From Longimicrobiales bacterium (GTDB lineage: Bacteria > Gemmatimonadota > Gemmatimonadetes > Longimicrobiales > Gaopeijiaceae), in NCBI GenBank assembly GCA_965248195.1, contig CBDFIQ010000002.1, forward strand, positions 3,136,001-3,200,000: 64,000 bases of DNA, read 5' to 3'. The position numbers were made by a program, and so were the translations under genes. The first letter of the stretch is position 1. Every line of letters starts with the position of its first letter. Positions 18,723 through 28,965 of this stretch are shown here, in pieces. The notes below the pieces were generated by a model. That model saw only the letters and a list, made by a program, of their open reading frames with translations, was not told where the DNA came from and did no database searches.

Positions 18723-19541
18723 TCACGGCGTACCCAGCGGAAGACCACGCTCCGTGAACACCTCCGCCGCAACCCGAGCCGCATTGGATCCGGTCGGCCA
18801 CCCGGCGTAGAAGGTCACGTGCGTAATGATCTCTTGGATTTCTTCCTGGGTCACCCCGTTGTTCAGTGCCCGGCCGATGTGTCCCCGCAGCTGGTCCGTT
18901 GCGTAGGACGCCTGAGCCACCGCCACCGTGATCATGCTGCGGTCCCGTGGCGACAAGACCGGACGGGCCCAGATGCCGTCCACCTCGTCATACAGAAGGC
19001 TCCTGGTCAACGCGGAGAGGTACGGAATGGCCGGATATCCGGGGTTCCCCCCTCGTAAATCGATTCGGAGGTCGACCGGCTCTACTGGCGGGGGAAAGGC
19101 CAGGCCCCGTCTTTCGTACACATCCGTCGCCACTCGAGACGCATTGGACGCCGAGGGCCAGCCGGCGTACATGGCTACGTGCGTCATGAGCCCGGAGATC
19201 TCTTCCCGTGTCACACCATCGTCGAGCGCACGGCCTAAATACTCCCGCAATTCCTCGGTGCGGTAGAGAGCCTGCGTTACCGCTACGGTCACCAGACCGC
19301 GGTCCCGTCGGGAAAGTCCGGGACGCTCCCAGATGTCCCCGAAGAGAAGGCTGCTTTCCAGCTCCGAGAGATAAGGCGCGGCCGGGTACCGAGCGCCTCC
19401 AGCCTGCTGCGCCGACCTCGATGCGGACACCGGCCCGGCGTTCGCTTCCGTGACGTTCCGAGCACCCCCGTCCCCACATCCCGAAGTGAAGGCCATTCCA
19501 GCCAAGGTGAGGGTCGATAGGATCGTGCCCGAGCGGGTCAT
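18723..19541 (-). CDS. Tandem carboxymuconolactone decarboxylase (CMD)-domain lipoprotein
   Basis: Two copies of IW.RP.LS.RDR...YAGWP; lipobox-like TSGC. Confidence 0.82.
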   Translation of the reverse strand: MTRSGTILSTLTLAGMAFTSGCGDGGARNVTEANAGPVSASRSAQQAGGARYPAAPYLSELESSLLFGDIWERPGLSRRDRGLVTVAVTQALYRTEELREYLGRALDDGVTREEISGLMTHVAMYAGWPSASNASRVATDVYERRGLAFPPPVEPVDLRIDLRGGNPGYPAIPYLSALTRSLLYDEVDGIWARPVLSPRDRSMITVAVAQASYATDQLRGHIGRALNNGVTQEEIQEIITHVTFYAGWPTGSNAARVAAEVFTERGLPLGTP

Positions 19542-19559
19542 TGTCTGCTCCTATTCGGG

Positions 19560-19599
19560 GATTACTGGCTTCCGACTACGATTACTAGCTTCCGACTAC
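19560..19599. repeat. Tandem 20-bp direct repeat x2 spanning a stop codon
   Basis: gattactggcttccgactac / gattactagcttccgactac. Confidence 0.85.
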
Positions 19600-21920
19600 A
19601 TGGAAACGAGGTAGGTCGCCTTGATGATGAGCCGGCGGTCCCGGAACTCCTGAGCGACGGGAATGCCGTTGATGTCCCGGCGTACCTCATCGTAGACAAC
19701 GTAGAGATCACTTCCGGGACGATAGATGTAGCGGAAGCGAACGCTCGTGCTCCACTGCTCGGTTGAAGAGTTGTACTGCGTCAGCGTCCGGAGGCTCAGG
19801 GTCGGAGAGAACGTGTAGTCGACCCGGAGGGAGCCGAGCTGGGTCACGAAGTCTCCAACCGGGAGGTCCACGTCGTTCCGGGCGTATTGTACTGCCGTCG
19901 AGAACTTGGAGGTAATCCGGGATCCGAGACTCAGCGAGAGATCCTTACGGTTCCCACCGTAGAAACCCTGAGGACGGTAGGTGATGCCGTAGCTGACCTG
20001 TCGGGATGGATCGCTGTTGAAGCCGATTCTCATGTCGTAGAAGTTGTATTTCCCGGCGGGGATGGAGATGCCCTGTAGAGAAAACGGCGCGTCCAGACGT
20101 TCGAAGTCGTCGTTGTAAACGAAGGTGAAGCTCGCGCTGTTCTCGAACGTGACCCGGATCATGTGGTGCAACTCTCGGTATACGAGCCGTCCGGCCTGGT
20201 CCGTCGTAAGGACCACATGCCACATCGGCGTCATTACCCGAATCCCCCAAAAATCCGGCCTGGGGGTCCGATTGATATGGAACTTGGTCGAGCGGACGCC
20301 GACCCGGGGCACGAAGCCCACCTCCGCGTTGAAGTTGTCCCCGAGGTCAATGTGGTCGAAATAGATGTCCCAGGAGTCGCTCAGCCAATGGGCCCGGAAA
20401 TAACCTGCGCGGTCCTCCGAAGAGATTTCCGGAGTCTCGGTCTGGGCCAGGAACCCATTGATCCGTAGGCTCGAACCGAACGCGAGCGCGGCATCTGCTG
20501 CGTAGGTGCGGTTGTAGTCCCCACCGCTCGTAGCCTGCCGGTTGATCAGGATCGCCCCCACCTTCGAACGGCTCAGGATGTCACGGCTATAACGTGTCAC
20601 CAGGAAGTTCTGTCCGGGTTGGCCGAACGCGTCGTCGGTCTGGATGTTCATCACCGCGACGTCATTCTGCCCCACCTTCCCAGTCATTCTTGCCCCGGCA
20701 ATGATCGGAACCTGTCCGCCGCTTTCATCAAGTCCGATGCGGCGGGTGAAGAAGAGGTCGGCCCGCTGGCCCGTGCCCGTCGTCCCCACGTTGAACTGGC
20801 CGGCGTTTTCCAGGAAGAAGTCCCTCTTCTCCGGGAAGAAGAGAGGGAAGCGCGTCAAGTTCACCTGCTCGTTGTCTGCTTCTGCCTGCGCAAAATCCGT
20901 GTTGAAGGTCAGATCGAGGTTCAGGCTCGGGGTGATCCCGTATTTGAGATCGAGGCCTATATCGCGGGAGATCGACCGGGTCGACACCCCCTCGCTGCGC
21001 TCAGCCTCGCCTCCCGCCGCCACGAAAGGTTTGATTCGCAAATCCCGGCCCCGGCTGAGGCCCTCGAGTCCGCTCAGCGTGCCCGCGAGGCTCACCCGAG
21101 TGAGCCCGTAGGGGAGCGGAATCGGGGCCCAGAACACCACCTCGTTCCGATGAGGGATGTTCCGCATGAAGTTGATCCCCCACGACTGGGGGCTCACGCT
21201 GGGGAACCGGAGGGTAACCATCGGGATTCGAATCTCTGCAACCCACCCCTCAGGGGTCCTGCGCGCGGACGCATCCCAGACCCCGTCCCACTCCAGATTT
21301 ATGTTCGACGAGGTGCCACGCCGCGTCCCTTCGCCCTCCCGAGAGACCTGCTGGTCCAGCATCGCTCCGAGCGGGCTCACGACGAACATGTACGCAGAAT
21401 TGGAGTCCATGAACGTGTCGAGGATGATCTGGAAGCTGTCCTCGTTCATGATCTGGCGCCCGTCCCGTCGCATCTCGGTGGCGGTGACACGTTGCGGAGA
21501 GGAATCGAAAGCGAGGACGCCTACGTAGAGGTTCGCCCCGTCGAAGAGCACGCGAACCTCGGTCCGTTCCGTGGCAGGGGCACCCTCCAGGGGCTCCTGC
21601 TGGACGAACTCGTCGATCAGTGCGGCTTGTCCCCATACCTGGTCGTCCAGGACGCCGTCGATGACCGGACCCTGCTCGACCCGCACGGCAGGGAGCTGGT
21701 ACCGCTCACGGTTGGTCTCGGCCGGGGAAGTGGCGGCGGGCTCCACGAGCGCGCCCCTCGAGCGTTCTTCGTCAGTAGTGACCTGTGCCCATGCTGGGAG
21801 CGCAGTCACAGCCAACAGGAGACCGGTCGCGAGCGGTGCGGTGCGACAGCGGACGCTGCAACGCCGGGAAGCGTTTACTCGGGAAGCGCTTACGGTAAAC
21901 TCCGGGTGAGGTTGACTCAA
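19596..21920 (-). CDS. CBM9-like + DUF5916 outer-membrane protein
   Basis: PVIDGVLDD, WVAEIRIP, NTDFAQAEAD, FPEKRDFFLE, FFTRRIG; start uncertain. Confidence 0.82.
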   Translation of the reverse strand: MSQPHPEFTVSASRVNASRRCSVRCRTAPLATGLLLAVTALPAWAQVTTDEERSRGALVEPAATSPAETNRERYQLPAVRVEQGPVIDGVLDDQVWGQAALIDEFVQQEPLEGAPATERTEVRVLFDGANLYVGVLAFDSSPQRVTATEMRRDGRQIMNEDSFQIILDTFMDSNSAYMFVVSPLGAMLDQQVSREGEGTRRGTSSNINLEWDGVWDASARRTPEGWVAEIRIPMVTLRFPSVSPQSWGINFMRNIPHRNEVVFWAPIPLPYGLTRVSLAGTLSGLEGLSRGRDLRIKPFVAAGGEAERSEGVSTRSISRDIGLDLKYGITPSLNLDLTFNTDFAQAEADNEQVNLTRFPLFFPEKRDFFLENAGQFNVGTTGTGQRADLFFTRRIGLDESGGQVPIIAGARMTGKVGQNDVAVMNIQTDDAFGQPGQNFLVTRYSRDILSRSKVGAILINRQATSGGDYNRTYAADAALAFGSSLRINGFLAQTETPEISSEDRAGYFRAHWLSDSWDIYFDHIDLGDNFNAEVGFVPRVGVRSTKFHINRTPRPDFWGIRVMTPMWHVVLTTDQAGRLVYRELHHMIRVTFENSASFTFVYNDDFERLDAPFSLQGISIPAGKYNFYDMRIGFNSDPSRQVSYGITYRPQGFYGGNRKDLSLSLGSRITSKFSTAVQYARNDVDLPVGDFVTQLGSLRVDYTFSPTLSLRTLTQYNSSTEQWSTSVRFRYIYRPGSDLYVVYDEVRRDINGIPVAQEFRDRRLIIKATYLVSM

Positions 21921-22119
21921 AGGCTAGTCTAAAAGACTAGTCGCTTCTCTTGCCCAAGAACAGCGTCGCCGGCCTGAGGTTTTCGCGGAGCACAGAGCCG
22001 CCGTACCTGATCTTGACGCTGTGGCCCGGATGATCTCTTTTTGCCAATCGGTGGATCCCGGAAGCTGAGGGCGCCGATCCGAGAAGCATGAAGCTGGCAC
22101 CGTTCTTCCGATCTTGACC

Positions 22120-24057
22120 ATGGCCAACAGTCTGAAGTCGCGCTCCGTGGATCGCCCTTACCGGATCATCTTCATCGTCTGTGCGGTGATCACGGTCGGC
22201 GCGGGGGTCCTCCGGAGCCCGGCCGTAGACGAGGATTTGAGGGAGCACCTTCCCGAGCAGGCGACCGGGCAAGGGTTCACGACCTCGGTCACGTGCCAGG
22301 CATGCCATCCGGCTCAATACGACGCTTGGCACCGTTCCTACCATCGGACTATGACCCAAGTGGCGACGCCGTCCACGGTGCTGGGAAATTTCGATGACAT
22401 GGTCCTCGAGGACCGTGGCTTCCAGTATCGATTCGAGCGCCGGGACGACGAAATCTGGGTCGAGATCCCCGACCCACTCTGGTTCGAGAACCCACCCTGG
22501 TTCATGCAGATCATCGACCCCGACTGGCCCGAGACGCCACCGCGGATCGAGGCGCGGGTGGTGATGGCCACGGGCTCTCATCACATGCAAAACTACTGGA
22601 TGCGCCGACCGGCCGGGGGAGAGGGATCTCTGAGGCCTGATAATGGAGCACTCGTTCAGCTTCCCTGGATTTGGCTGATCCAGGAGGAGAGATGGATTCC
22701 GAATCAGGATTCGTTTATCTCCCCCCCGAGGCCCTCTATTGAGGGGCCTGCTCTATGGAACGCGAACTGCTCTCAGTGCCATTCGGTCGCGACCGAGCCG
22801 CGGACTACGGAGCGCTTCGACCGTTTCGACACCCGGACGGTGGAGTTGGGCATCGCGTGTGAGGCCTGTCACGGTCCGGCCGAGGAACACGTCCGTTTCT
22901 ATCAGTCACCGGTGCGGCGTTACCTGCAGTACTTTCGCACGTTGCGGGGCCAGGATGCCCCCGATCCGACGATCGCCAACCCGGCAAAGCTCGACCCGCG
23001 GCGCTCCGTCGAGACGTGCGCTCAATGTCACAGCTTCGGAAAGTGGCGAGACCAGGAGGGATTCAGGAGGAGTGGAGTCCCCTTCCGTCCGGGAGATGAG
23101 CTGGAGGAGCACAGGTCGGTGTTCCGCTACACGGAAGATCCCGAAGATCCACTGTTGCTGGAAATGTTGGAGACCGAACCCCTCGCCCTCGACGGCAGGT
23201 TTTGGCGCGACGGAACCATTCGGGTCGCGGGGCGGGAGTACAACGGGCTCCTCGAATCCCCGGGTCACACCGATGAGCTGACGTGTCTATCGTGCCATTC
23301 GATGCACGAATACGAGGCGCCGGACAGGCAGCTCGATCCCAATGTCACCGGAGACCGATCGTGTCTGGGTTGCCATACGGACTATGCGGATGAGATCTCG
23401 GAGCACACTCGCCACCTTCCCGAGTCCTCTGGTAGCGAGTGTATGAATTGTCACATGCCGCACACGACCTACGGCCTCTTTTCCGCCATGCGCAGTCATC
23501 GGATCGACAATCCGAGCGCTCGGGTTTCGCTGCAGAGTGGGCGTCCTAATGCATGCAACCTCTGCCACCTCAATGAGACCCTGGAGTGGACGAGCCAATA
23601 CCTCAACGAATGGTACGGGCAGCCTCTCGTGGAGATGGGCGAGGATGAGCGATCGATCGCCGCCTCAATCCTTTGGGTCATGAAGGGGGACGCGGTTCAA
23701 CGGACAATCCTTGGTTGGCACATGGGATGGGATGCGGCTCGGGAGGCCTCCGACCCGACCTGGATGGCTCCGTATCTGGCGCAACTTCTCGTGGATCCAT
23801 ATTCCGCGACCCGGCAGGTGGCGTATCGATCCATTGGCAGCCTCCCGGGCTTTCAAGACTTCGAATACGACTATATCGCCTCCCGTTCGGAACGTGAAGG
23901 AAAGGCCGAAGAGGCCATACAGCGTTGGCTCGTGGCCGGCGGACCGGCGAGGGTCGGGGCTCATCTTCTCATCGCCGAGGACGCCAGGATCTACATCGAC
24001 GTGTGGGCCCGACTTCTGGCGGAACGGGACCTGAGACCGTTGACGATCATCGAATGA
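22120..24057 (+). CDS. Multiheme c-type cytochrome (8 CxxCH)
   Basis: CQACH, CSQCH, CEACH, CAQCH, CLSCH, CLGCH, CMNCH, CNLCH; N-terminal TM/signal. Confidence 0.88.
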   Translation: MANSLKSRSVDRPYRIIFIVCAVITVGAGVLRSPAVDEDLREHLPEQATGQGFTTSVTCQACHPAQYDAWHRSYHRTMTQVATPSTVLGNFDDMVLEDRGFQYRFERRDDEIWVEIPDPLWFENPPWFMQIIDPDWPETPPRIEARVVMATGSHHMQNYWMRRPAGGEGSLRPDNGALVQLPWIWLIQEERWIPNQDSFISPPRPSIEGPALWNANCSQCHSVATEPRTTERFDRFDTRTVELGIACEACHGPAEEHVRFYQSPVRRYLQYFRTLRGQDAPDPTIANPAKLDPRRSVETCAQCHSFGKWRDQEGFRRSGVPFRPGDELEEHRSVFRYTEDPEDPLLLEMLETEPLALDGRFWRDGTIRVAGREYNGLLESPGHTDELTCLSCHSMHEYEAPDRQLDPNVTGDRSCLGCHTDYADEISEHTRHLPESSGSECMNCHMPHTTYGLFSAMRSHRIDNPSARVSLQSGRPNACNLCHLNETLEWTSQYLNEWYGQPLVEMGEDERSIAASILWVMKGDAVQRTILGWHMGWDAAREASDPTWMAPYLAQLLVDPYSATRQVAYRSIGSLPGFQDFEYDYIASRSEREGKAEEAIQRWLVAGGPARVGAHLLIAEDARIYIDVWARLLAERDLRPLTIIE

Positions 24058-24551
24058 GTGCCCGGTCCGGAGCGTCGCAGCAAGACGCCTCACACCAAAG
24101 CGCCTCGCAGCAAGGCGCCTCACGCCTTGGGGATACCTCCCGCCTGCATCTGAAAGTGGGGTGGTGGTCCCTCCTTTTGTTCCTCACGCTGGGTCTGATC
24201 CTGGAGACCCTCCACGGGTTCAAGGTCGGCCTCTACCTCGACGTCTCCAACAGCACGCGCCGCCTGATGTGGACCCTCGCGCACGCTCACGGCACCCTCT
24301 TCTCCATTCTCAATGTGGTCTTCGCAATGTCCATCCGCCTGACGCCTGACTGGAAGGCGTCCAGCCGAACTCTTGCGTCGAGGTGTCTCCTGGGTGCGCT
24401 GCTTCTCACCCCGCTCGGCTTCTTTCTCGGAGGAGTGTTCATTCAGGGAGGCGATCCCGGCATCGGCGTGATTCTGGTGCCGCCCGGAGCCTTTCTCCTG
24501 TTTCTCGCCGTGCTTCTGACTGCGAGAGGTTCCAGGGAATCAGAGAAATAG
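24054..24551 (+). CDS. 4-TM membrane protein with conserved-looking His (LHG, AHAHG)
   Basis: ATGA overlap with the cytochrome stop; four hydrophobic segments; N-terminal 15-bp repeats (ASQQ). Confidence 0.7.
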   Translation: MSARSGASQQDASHQSASQQGASRLGDTSRLHLKVGWWSLLLFLTLGLILETLHGFKVGLYLDVSNSTRRLMWTLAHAHGTLFSILNVVFAMSIRLTPDWKASSRTLASRCLLGALLLTPLGFFLGGVFIQGGDPGIGVILVPPGAFLLFLAVLLTARGSRESEK

Positions 24552-24683
24552 TGGATCACAGGGTTGGGCCAGGGATGGCCGGTCTCCCTACCTAGTCGAT
24601 ATGTTCCGCTTCGACGGGCCACCGTTCTAAGGCTTCGTTCCAATGAACGCGCTACGGCCCGAGCCTTCGTGGGGAGGAACCGG

Positions 24684-26429
24684 ATGAAGCACCTTCACGT
24701 GCTGCTTCGTAGTGCCGTTCTTGCGCTTACGCTGGGGGTCGTCAGCGCCAACGCACAGATCAGTGATTTCCAACCGGTTACCGACGAGGTCCTGCGTAAT
24801 CCCTCTGACGCTGACTGGCTTCAGTGGCGACGCACCTACGATGGCTGGGCATACAGCCCGCTCGACCAGATCAACCGCGAGAACGTGCGGAATCTACAGC
24901 TGGTGTGGTCTAGAGCGTTGAACACCGGACAGGTAGAGCTCATCCCGCTCGTGTATGATGGAGTCATGTACATCCCCCATCCTGGGGGTGTCATCGAGGC
25001 GGTGGACGCCACGACGGGTGATCTGATTTGGCGATACCGCCACGCTCCCCCGGAAGGCGGCAGCGGTTTCTCGGGAAATCGGGGTACCCGGAACATCGCG
25101 ATCTATGACGACAAGATTTTTTTCGCAGCGCCAGTCGGGGGTTTTCTCATTGCTCTTGACGCCCGAACGGGAGCGGTGGTCTGGGAAACGCTGATAGAGG
25201 CCAAGGCTCGCCACTCATCCGGCCCAATCGTAGTTGGTGGCAAGGTCCTCACGGGAAGGTCCTGTAGTACCGGCACCGCTGGTATAGAAGGAGGCTGCTT
25301 CATTGCCGCTCACGATGCCGAGACGGGCGAGGAATTGTGGCGCAGGTTCACCATTGCCCGGCCAGGTGAGCCCGGTGGCGATAGTTGGGGTGGCCTTCCT
25401 TTCGACCGCCGGTGGCACGTATCGGCCTGGATGCCTGGCACCTACGATCCGGGGCTCGACTTGGTATACTGGGGCACTGGGGTTCCCGGCCCCTATCCTG
25501 CGATAGCGCGCGGCGCAGTGGGTGGCGATCTGCTGTATTCCAACTCCACGCTCGCCTTGAACCCGGAGACAGGTGAAATCGCCTGGTACTACCAGCATCT
25601 GCCTGGGGACGAGTTGGATATGGACCACGTCTATGAGCGAATTCTAGTGGACATCTCTTTTGAGCCTTCGGCTGAGCTCGAGTGGTACAACTCCGCCGCT
25701 GCGGGCGAGGAGCGAAAGGTGCTGTGGGTGGCTGGAAAAGCGGGCACCCAGTTCGTGCTCGATCGGGAGACCGGGGAGTTCCTGTGGGCACGACCGCTGG
25801 TTCACCAGAACGTCATAGCTGATATCGATGAGACCGGTCGTGTCATCAGAAACGCCGCCCTTGTCCACGAGGTCTTCGGCGACGTTTTGGTCGCTGGTCC
25901 CAGGGCTGGGAAAGACTGGTGGTATGGAACCTATAGCCCGCTCACCGACGCCGTATATCAGCCGCTTCTCAACGCGTGGCTCGAGCAGACGAGTACCGAT
26001 TGGGATGGCACCGGTAATGGGGCTATACGGAGAACTATCCCTTCGCCCGATCAGACGGGATTCGCTGGAATGGTCAAGGGGTACAACGTTTCGACCGGCG
26101 AGCTCTTGTGGGAATATCACCAAGCCGCGCCGTGGCTCGGTGGGCTGGTTTCGACCGGCGGTGGCTTACTCTTCGGCGGTGACATCAATCGGAGATTCCG
26201 GGCGCTGGATCAGGAGACTGGGGAGGTGCTGTGGGAGTCAATCCTGAACAGCAGGATCACGGGCGGCGCTATCAGCTATGCGGTTGATGGCCGGCAGTAC
26301 ATTGCGGTCGCGTCGGGCGGTGGAAGTTCGAGCTCATACGAGACCTTCAGCCTTACGCCCGATCTGGATCTGGAGGCGCCACGGGGCGGTAACACCGTCT
26401 TCGTCTTCGCGTTACCCGAGTCCGAATAA
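24684..26429 (+). CDS. PQQ-dependent alcohol dehydrogenase-like beta-propeller
   Basis: WLQWRRTYDGWAYSPLDQIN, PLVYDGVMY, ALDARTG, ISYAVDGRQYIAV; signal peptide. Confidence 0.88.
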   Translation: MKHLHVLLRSAVLALTLGVVSANAQISDFQPVTDEVLRNPSDADWLQWRRTYDGWAYSPLDQINRENVRNLQLVWSRALNTGQVELIPLVYDGVMYIPHPGGVIEAVDATTGDLIWRYRHAPPEGGSGFSGNRGTRNIAIYDDKIFFAAPVGGFLIALDARTGAVVWETLIEAKARHSSGPIVVGGKVLTGRSCSTGTAGIEGGCFIAAHDAETGEELWRRFTIARPGEPGGDSWGGLPFDRRWHVSAWMPGTYDPGLDLVYWGTGVPGPYPAIARGAVGGDLLYSNSTLALNPETGEIAWYYQHLPGDELDMDHVYERILVDISFEPSAELEWYNSAAAGEERKVLWVAGKAGTQFVLDRETGEFLWARPLVHQNVIADIDETGRVIRNAALVHEVFGDVLVAGPRAGKDWWYGTYSPLTDAVYQPLLNAWLEQTSTDWDGTGNGAIRRTIPSPDQTGFAGMVKGYNVSTGELLWEYHQAAPWLGGLVSTGGGLLFGGDINRRFRALDQETGEVLWESILNSRITGGAISYAVDGRQYIAVASGGGSSSSYETFSLTPDLDLEAPRGGNTVFVFALPESE

Positions 26430-26530
26430 GAATATTTCCTAAGGCCCTACGGGGATTATCCGCTCGGCAGCCTCCTCAGCAACACCCGTCGGAACTGCAC
26501 CGGATGGCTCTCGCTCCTGCGCCAGGCGCC

Positions 26531-27616
26531 TCAGCGCCGCACCGCCGTCAGACCACGGATGATCCGGCGCAGCTCTGTCGCCTGTCCCGCGGCTTCCAGC
26601 TCGCTCCACATCAGGTCGACTGCCTGCTGATCGACGAGACCGGGGGGACTGCCGCCGGACCCAGAGTGCGAGATCGCGTGGTCCGCCCGGAACGCGTCCA
26701 CGGCCGCGGCGATCTCGGCGTCGTAGTACAACGAACCGCCCGCACGCTCGAGCGTCTCGACTTGGCTCCGGTAGTAGCCCAGGGCGTGCATGATGAGCTT
26801 CACTTGCCAAACGTCGTTGCCCGCCTGCTGCGAGAGCTCACGGTAGCCGAGCGTGCCGGAGATCGTGGAATAGATGCGCCGCAGCTCGGCGACCGGCGTC
26901 GCGTGCTCGCACACGTTGACGTGCACGGTCTGGCCGTCCTCGCGTCGCGCCATCCCTTCCCTGGGATCGACGACGATCACTGCAGCCGACTGAAGACGGC
27001 CCTTGCGGCGGTCGCCCCCTTCGGCCTGCCCCGCCGCCAGCGCCTCGATGAGGCGGTCTGCGAGGTGTCGCTCCGAGCCCTCACTCGCCTCGAAGGTCGC
27101 CGCGACGGCATCCACAACCTCGGGACCGACGAGGGAGTTGCCCTGCGTAGCATAGTTGGGGCCCGAGCGGTGCCCTTTCCAGTCACTAGGCCCGGCCCCG
27201 GTGTGCTGAGCCGAGCGTCCGTCGACCGAGACGACACCGATCTGTCTCCGCTGCGCGCTTTCATCGGCCGCGGTCGCCCGGTCGAGCGCCTCCTGCGGGC
27301 CGAACCCCTGCTCGAGCATGTCGAGCAGCTCCTTGCCGTATTCCGTGCGCGTCGAGGCCTGGGTCGCGACCGCGCCCACACCGGCTCTCACCCACGGAAC
27401 TCCGTTGCCGACGCACGCTACACGGGTCGTTACGGCCACACCGGACTCGCCCGTCACCGGGTCGACGGCCGCGATGGAGAAGGTGTGGAAGACGAGCTCC
27501 TCACCCCAGGAGACCGGCTCTTGGGTGAGCGCGCCAACGGGGCCGAGTGCCGTGGCGCCCGCGAAAGCGAGACCCGCCAGGGCGAGTCGTGGATACGGGC
27601 GAGGGATGCGGATCAT
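26531..27616 (-). CDS. DUF1028 (Ntn-hydrolase-like) protein with C-terminal peptidoglycan-binding-like domain
   Basis: HTFSIAAVD, GVGAVATQA, RQIGVV, GGDRRKGRLQSA. Confidence 0.82.
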   Translation of the reverse strand: MIRIPRPYPRLALAGLAFAGATALGPVGALTQEPVSWGEELVFHTFSIAAVDPVTGESGVAVTTRVACVGNGVPWVRAGVGAVATQASTRTEYGKELLDMLEQGFGPQEALDRATAADESAQRRQIGVVSVDGRSAQHTGAGPSDWKGHRSGPNYATQGNSLVGPEVVDAVAATFEASEGSERHLADRLIEALAAGQAEGGDRRKGRLQSAAVIVVDPREGMARREDGQTVHVNVCEHATPVAELRRIYSTISGTLGYRELSQQAGNDVWQVKLIMHALGYYRSQVETLERAGGSLYYDAEIAAAVDAFRADHAISHSGSGGSPPGLVDQQAVDLMWSELEAAGQATELRRIIRGLTAVRR

Positions 27617-27822
27617 GTCGAGGTTCCCGTCCTGGTGGTGACTTCGGCGGAGGCTCGGCCGCGTGGCGGGGCCTGAGCTCCGGGAGCAGACTGAGGTCAA
27701 CATCATATGCGGGGGCCGGTAGTGGACGCCATGCCCCTAGGATGCCTATGCTTTCCGAGCGGCGGTGTCCAATTATGTGGGTATCAAACGCGGCAGGCTT
27801 CCTGACACAGAAAGGATCCGAC

Positions 27823-28926
27823 ATGTCGACCAACAGCGAGAAGTGCACGCGCCTGCACGGTGGGCTGATTCTGTTGACGCTCCTGACGCTGGCCTGCGCC
27901 GCCCCGGATGAGCAGGGAGACATTCCGCGATTCCGCGTGGACCCGTTCTGGGCCAGCGAGCTGCCGAACAACTGGATGCTGGGACAGGTCTCCGGCGTGG
28001 CGGTCGACGACCGGGACCATGTCTGGATCGTCCACCGGTCGCGCACGCTCGACGCCAGACAGCGCGGCGAGGAAGGGATGTGCTGCGTGCCGGCGCCGCC
28101 GGTGATCGAGTTTGACCCGGAGGGAAGCGTCGTGCGCTCGTGGGGCGGACCCGGTGAAGGCTTCGAGTGGCCCGAGAACGAGCACGGTATCCACGTCGAC
28201 CCCCAGGGCAACGTCTGGATCGGCGGCAACGGAGCGGGCGACGCCCACGTGCTCAAGTTCACGGCCGATGGCGAGTTCCTGCTGCAGATCGGGCGGGCCG
28301 GCCAGAGCGGCGGCAGCAACGACACGGGGAACCTGGGCCGCCCGGCCTCGATCGAAGTGGACCCGGCGGCGGGCGAGGTCTACATCGCCGACGGCTACGG
28401 CAATCGCCGTGTGATCGTGTTCGACTCGGAGACCGGAGAGTACCAACGGCACTGGGGAGCCTACGGGGAGCGCCCGGACGACACGGACCTGCCGCCGTAC
28501 GACCCGGGGGCTGAGCCGATCCGCCATTTCCGCAGCCCAGTGCACGGCGTCGCCATCGCGCACGACGGTCTGGTCTATGTGGCCGACCGGACGAACAACC
28601 GCCTTCAGGTGTTCCAGAAGGATGGCCAGTTCGTGACCGAAGCGTTCGTGCGAACCGAGACGCTCGGCAGTGGCTCAGCGTCCGGCGTGACCCTCTCGGA
28701 GGATGCAGCCCAGCGGTGGCTCTTCATTCCGGACGGGACCAACAACGTGGTGTGGATCCTGGACCGGTCCTCGCTCGAAGTAGTGGATTACTTCGGACGG
28801 CTCGGCAAGAACGCCGGCCAGTTCTACCGGCTGCACAACCTGGCCATCGACTCGCGGGGCAACCTGTACACCACCGAGGTCAACGTGGGACAGCGCCTGC
28901 AGAAGTTCGACCGGGTGGGAGGATGA
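27823..28926 (+). CDS. NHL-repeat (PAL-like) lipoprotein
   Basis: Lipobox TLAC; EHGI, ADGYGNRRV, DRTNNRLQ, LHNL. Confidence 0.82.
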   Translation: MSTNSEKCTRLHGGLILLTLLTLACAAPDEQGDIPRFRVDPFWASELPNNWMLGQVSGVAVDDRDHVWIVHRSRTLDARQRGEEGMCCVPAPPVIEFDPEGSVVRSWGGPGEGFEWPENEHGIHVDPQGNVWIGGNGAGDAHVLKFTADGEFLLQIGRAGQSGGSNDTGNLGRPASIEVDPAAGEVYIADGYGNRRVIVFDSETGEYQRHWGAYGERPDDTDLPPYDPGAEPIRHFRSPVHGVAIAHDGLVYVADRTNNRLQVFQKDGQFVTEAFVRTETLGSGSASGVTLSEDAAQRWLFIPDGTNNVVWILDRSSLEVVDYFGRLGKNAGQFYRLHNLAIDSRGNLYTTEVNVGQRLQKFDRVGG

Positions 28927-28965
28927 GGAGGGCCGCGCGCCGGTCGAGCGCCTCGCCCCCGCACC

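Noticed and set aside
20619..21932. Long antisense/alternate-frame ORFs (also 26504-27676, 44981-46102, 48648-49667, 58745-59947 and others)
   Set aside because: Shadow ORFs of real genes in high-GC DNA, with no motifs
22120..24057. Hydroxylamine oxidoreductase or NrfA
   Set aside because: The heme count of 8 alone is insufficient; no CxxCK and no recognisable HAO motifs
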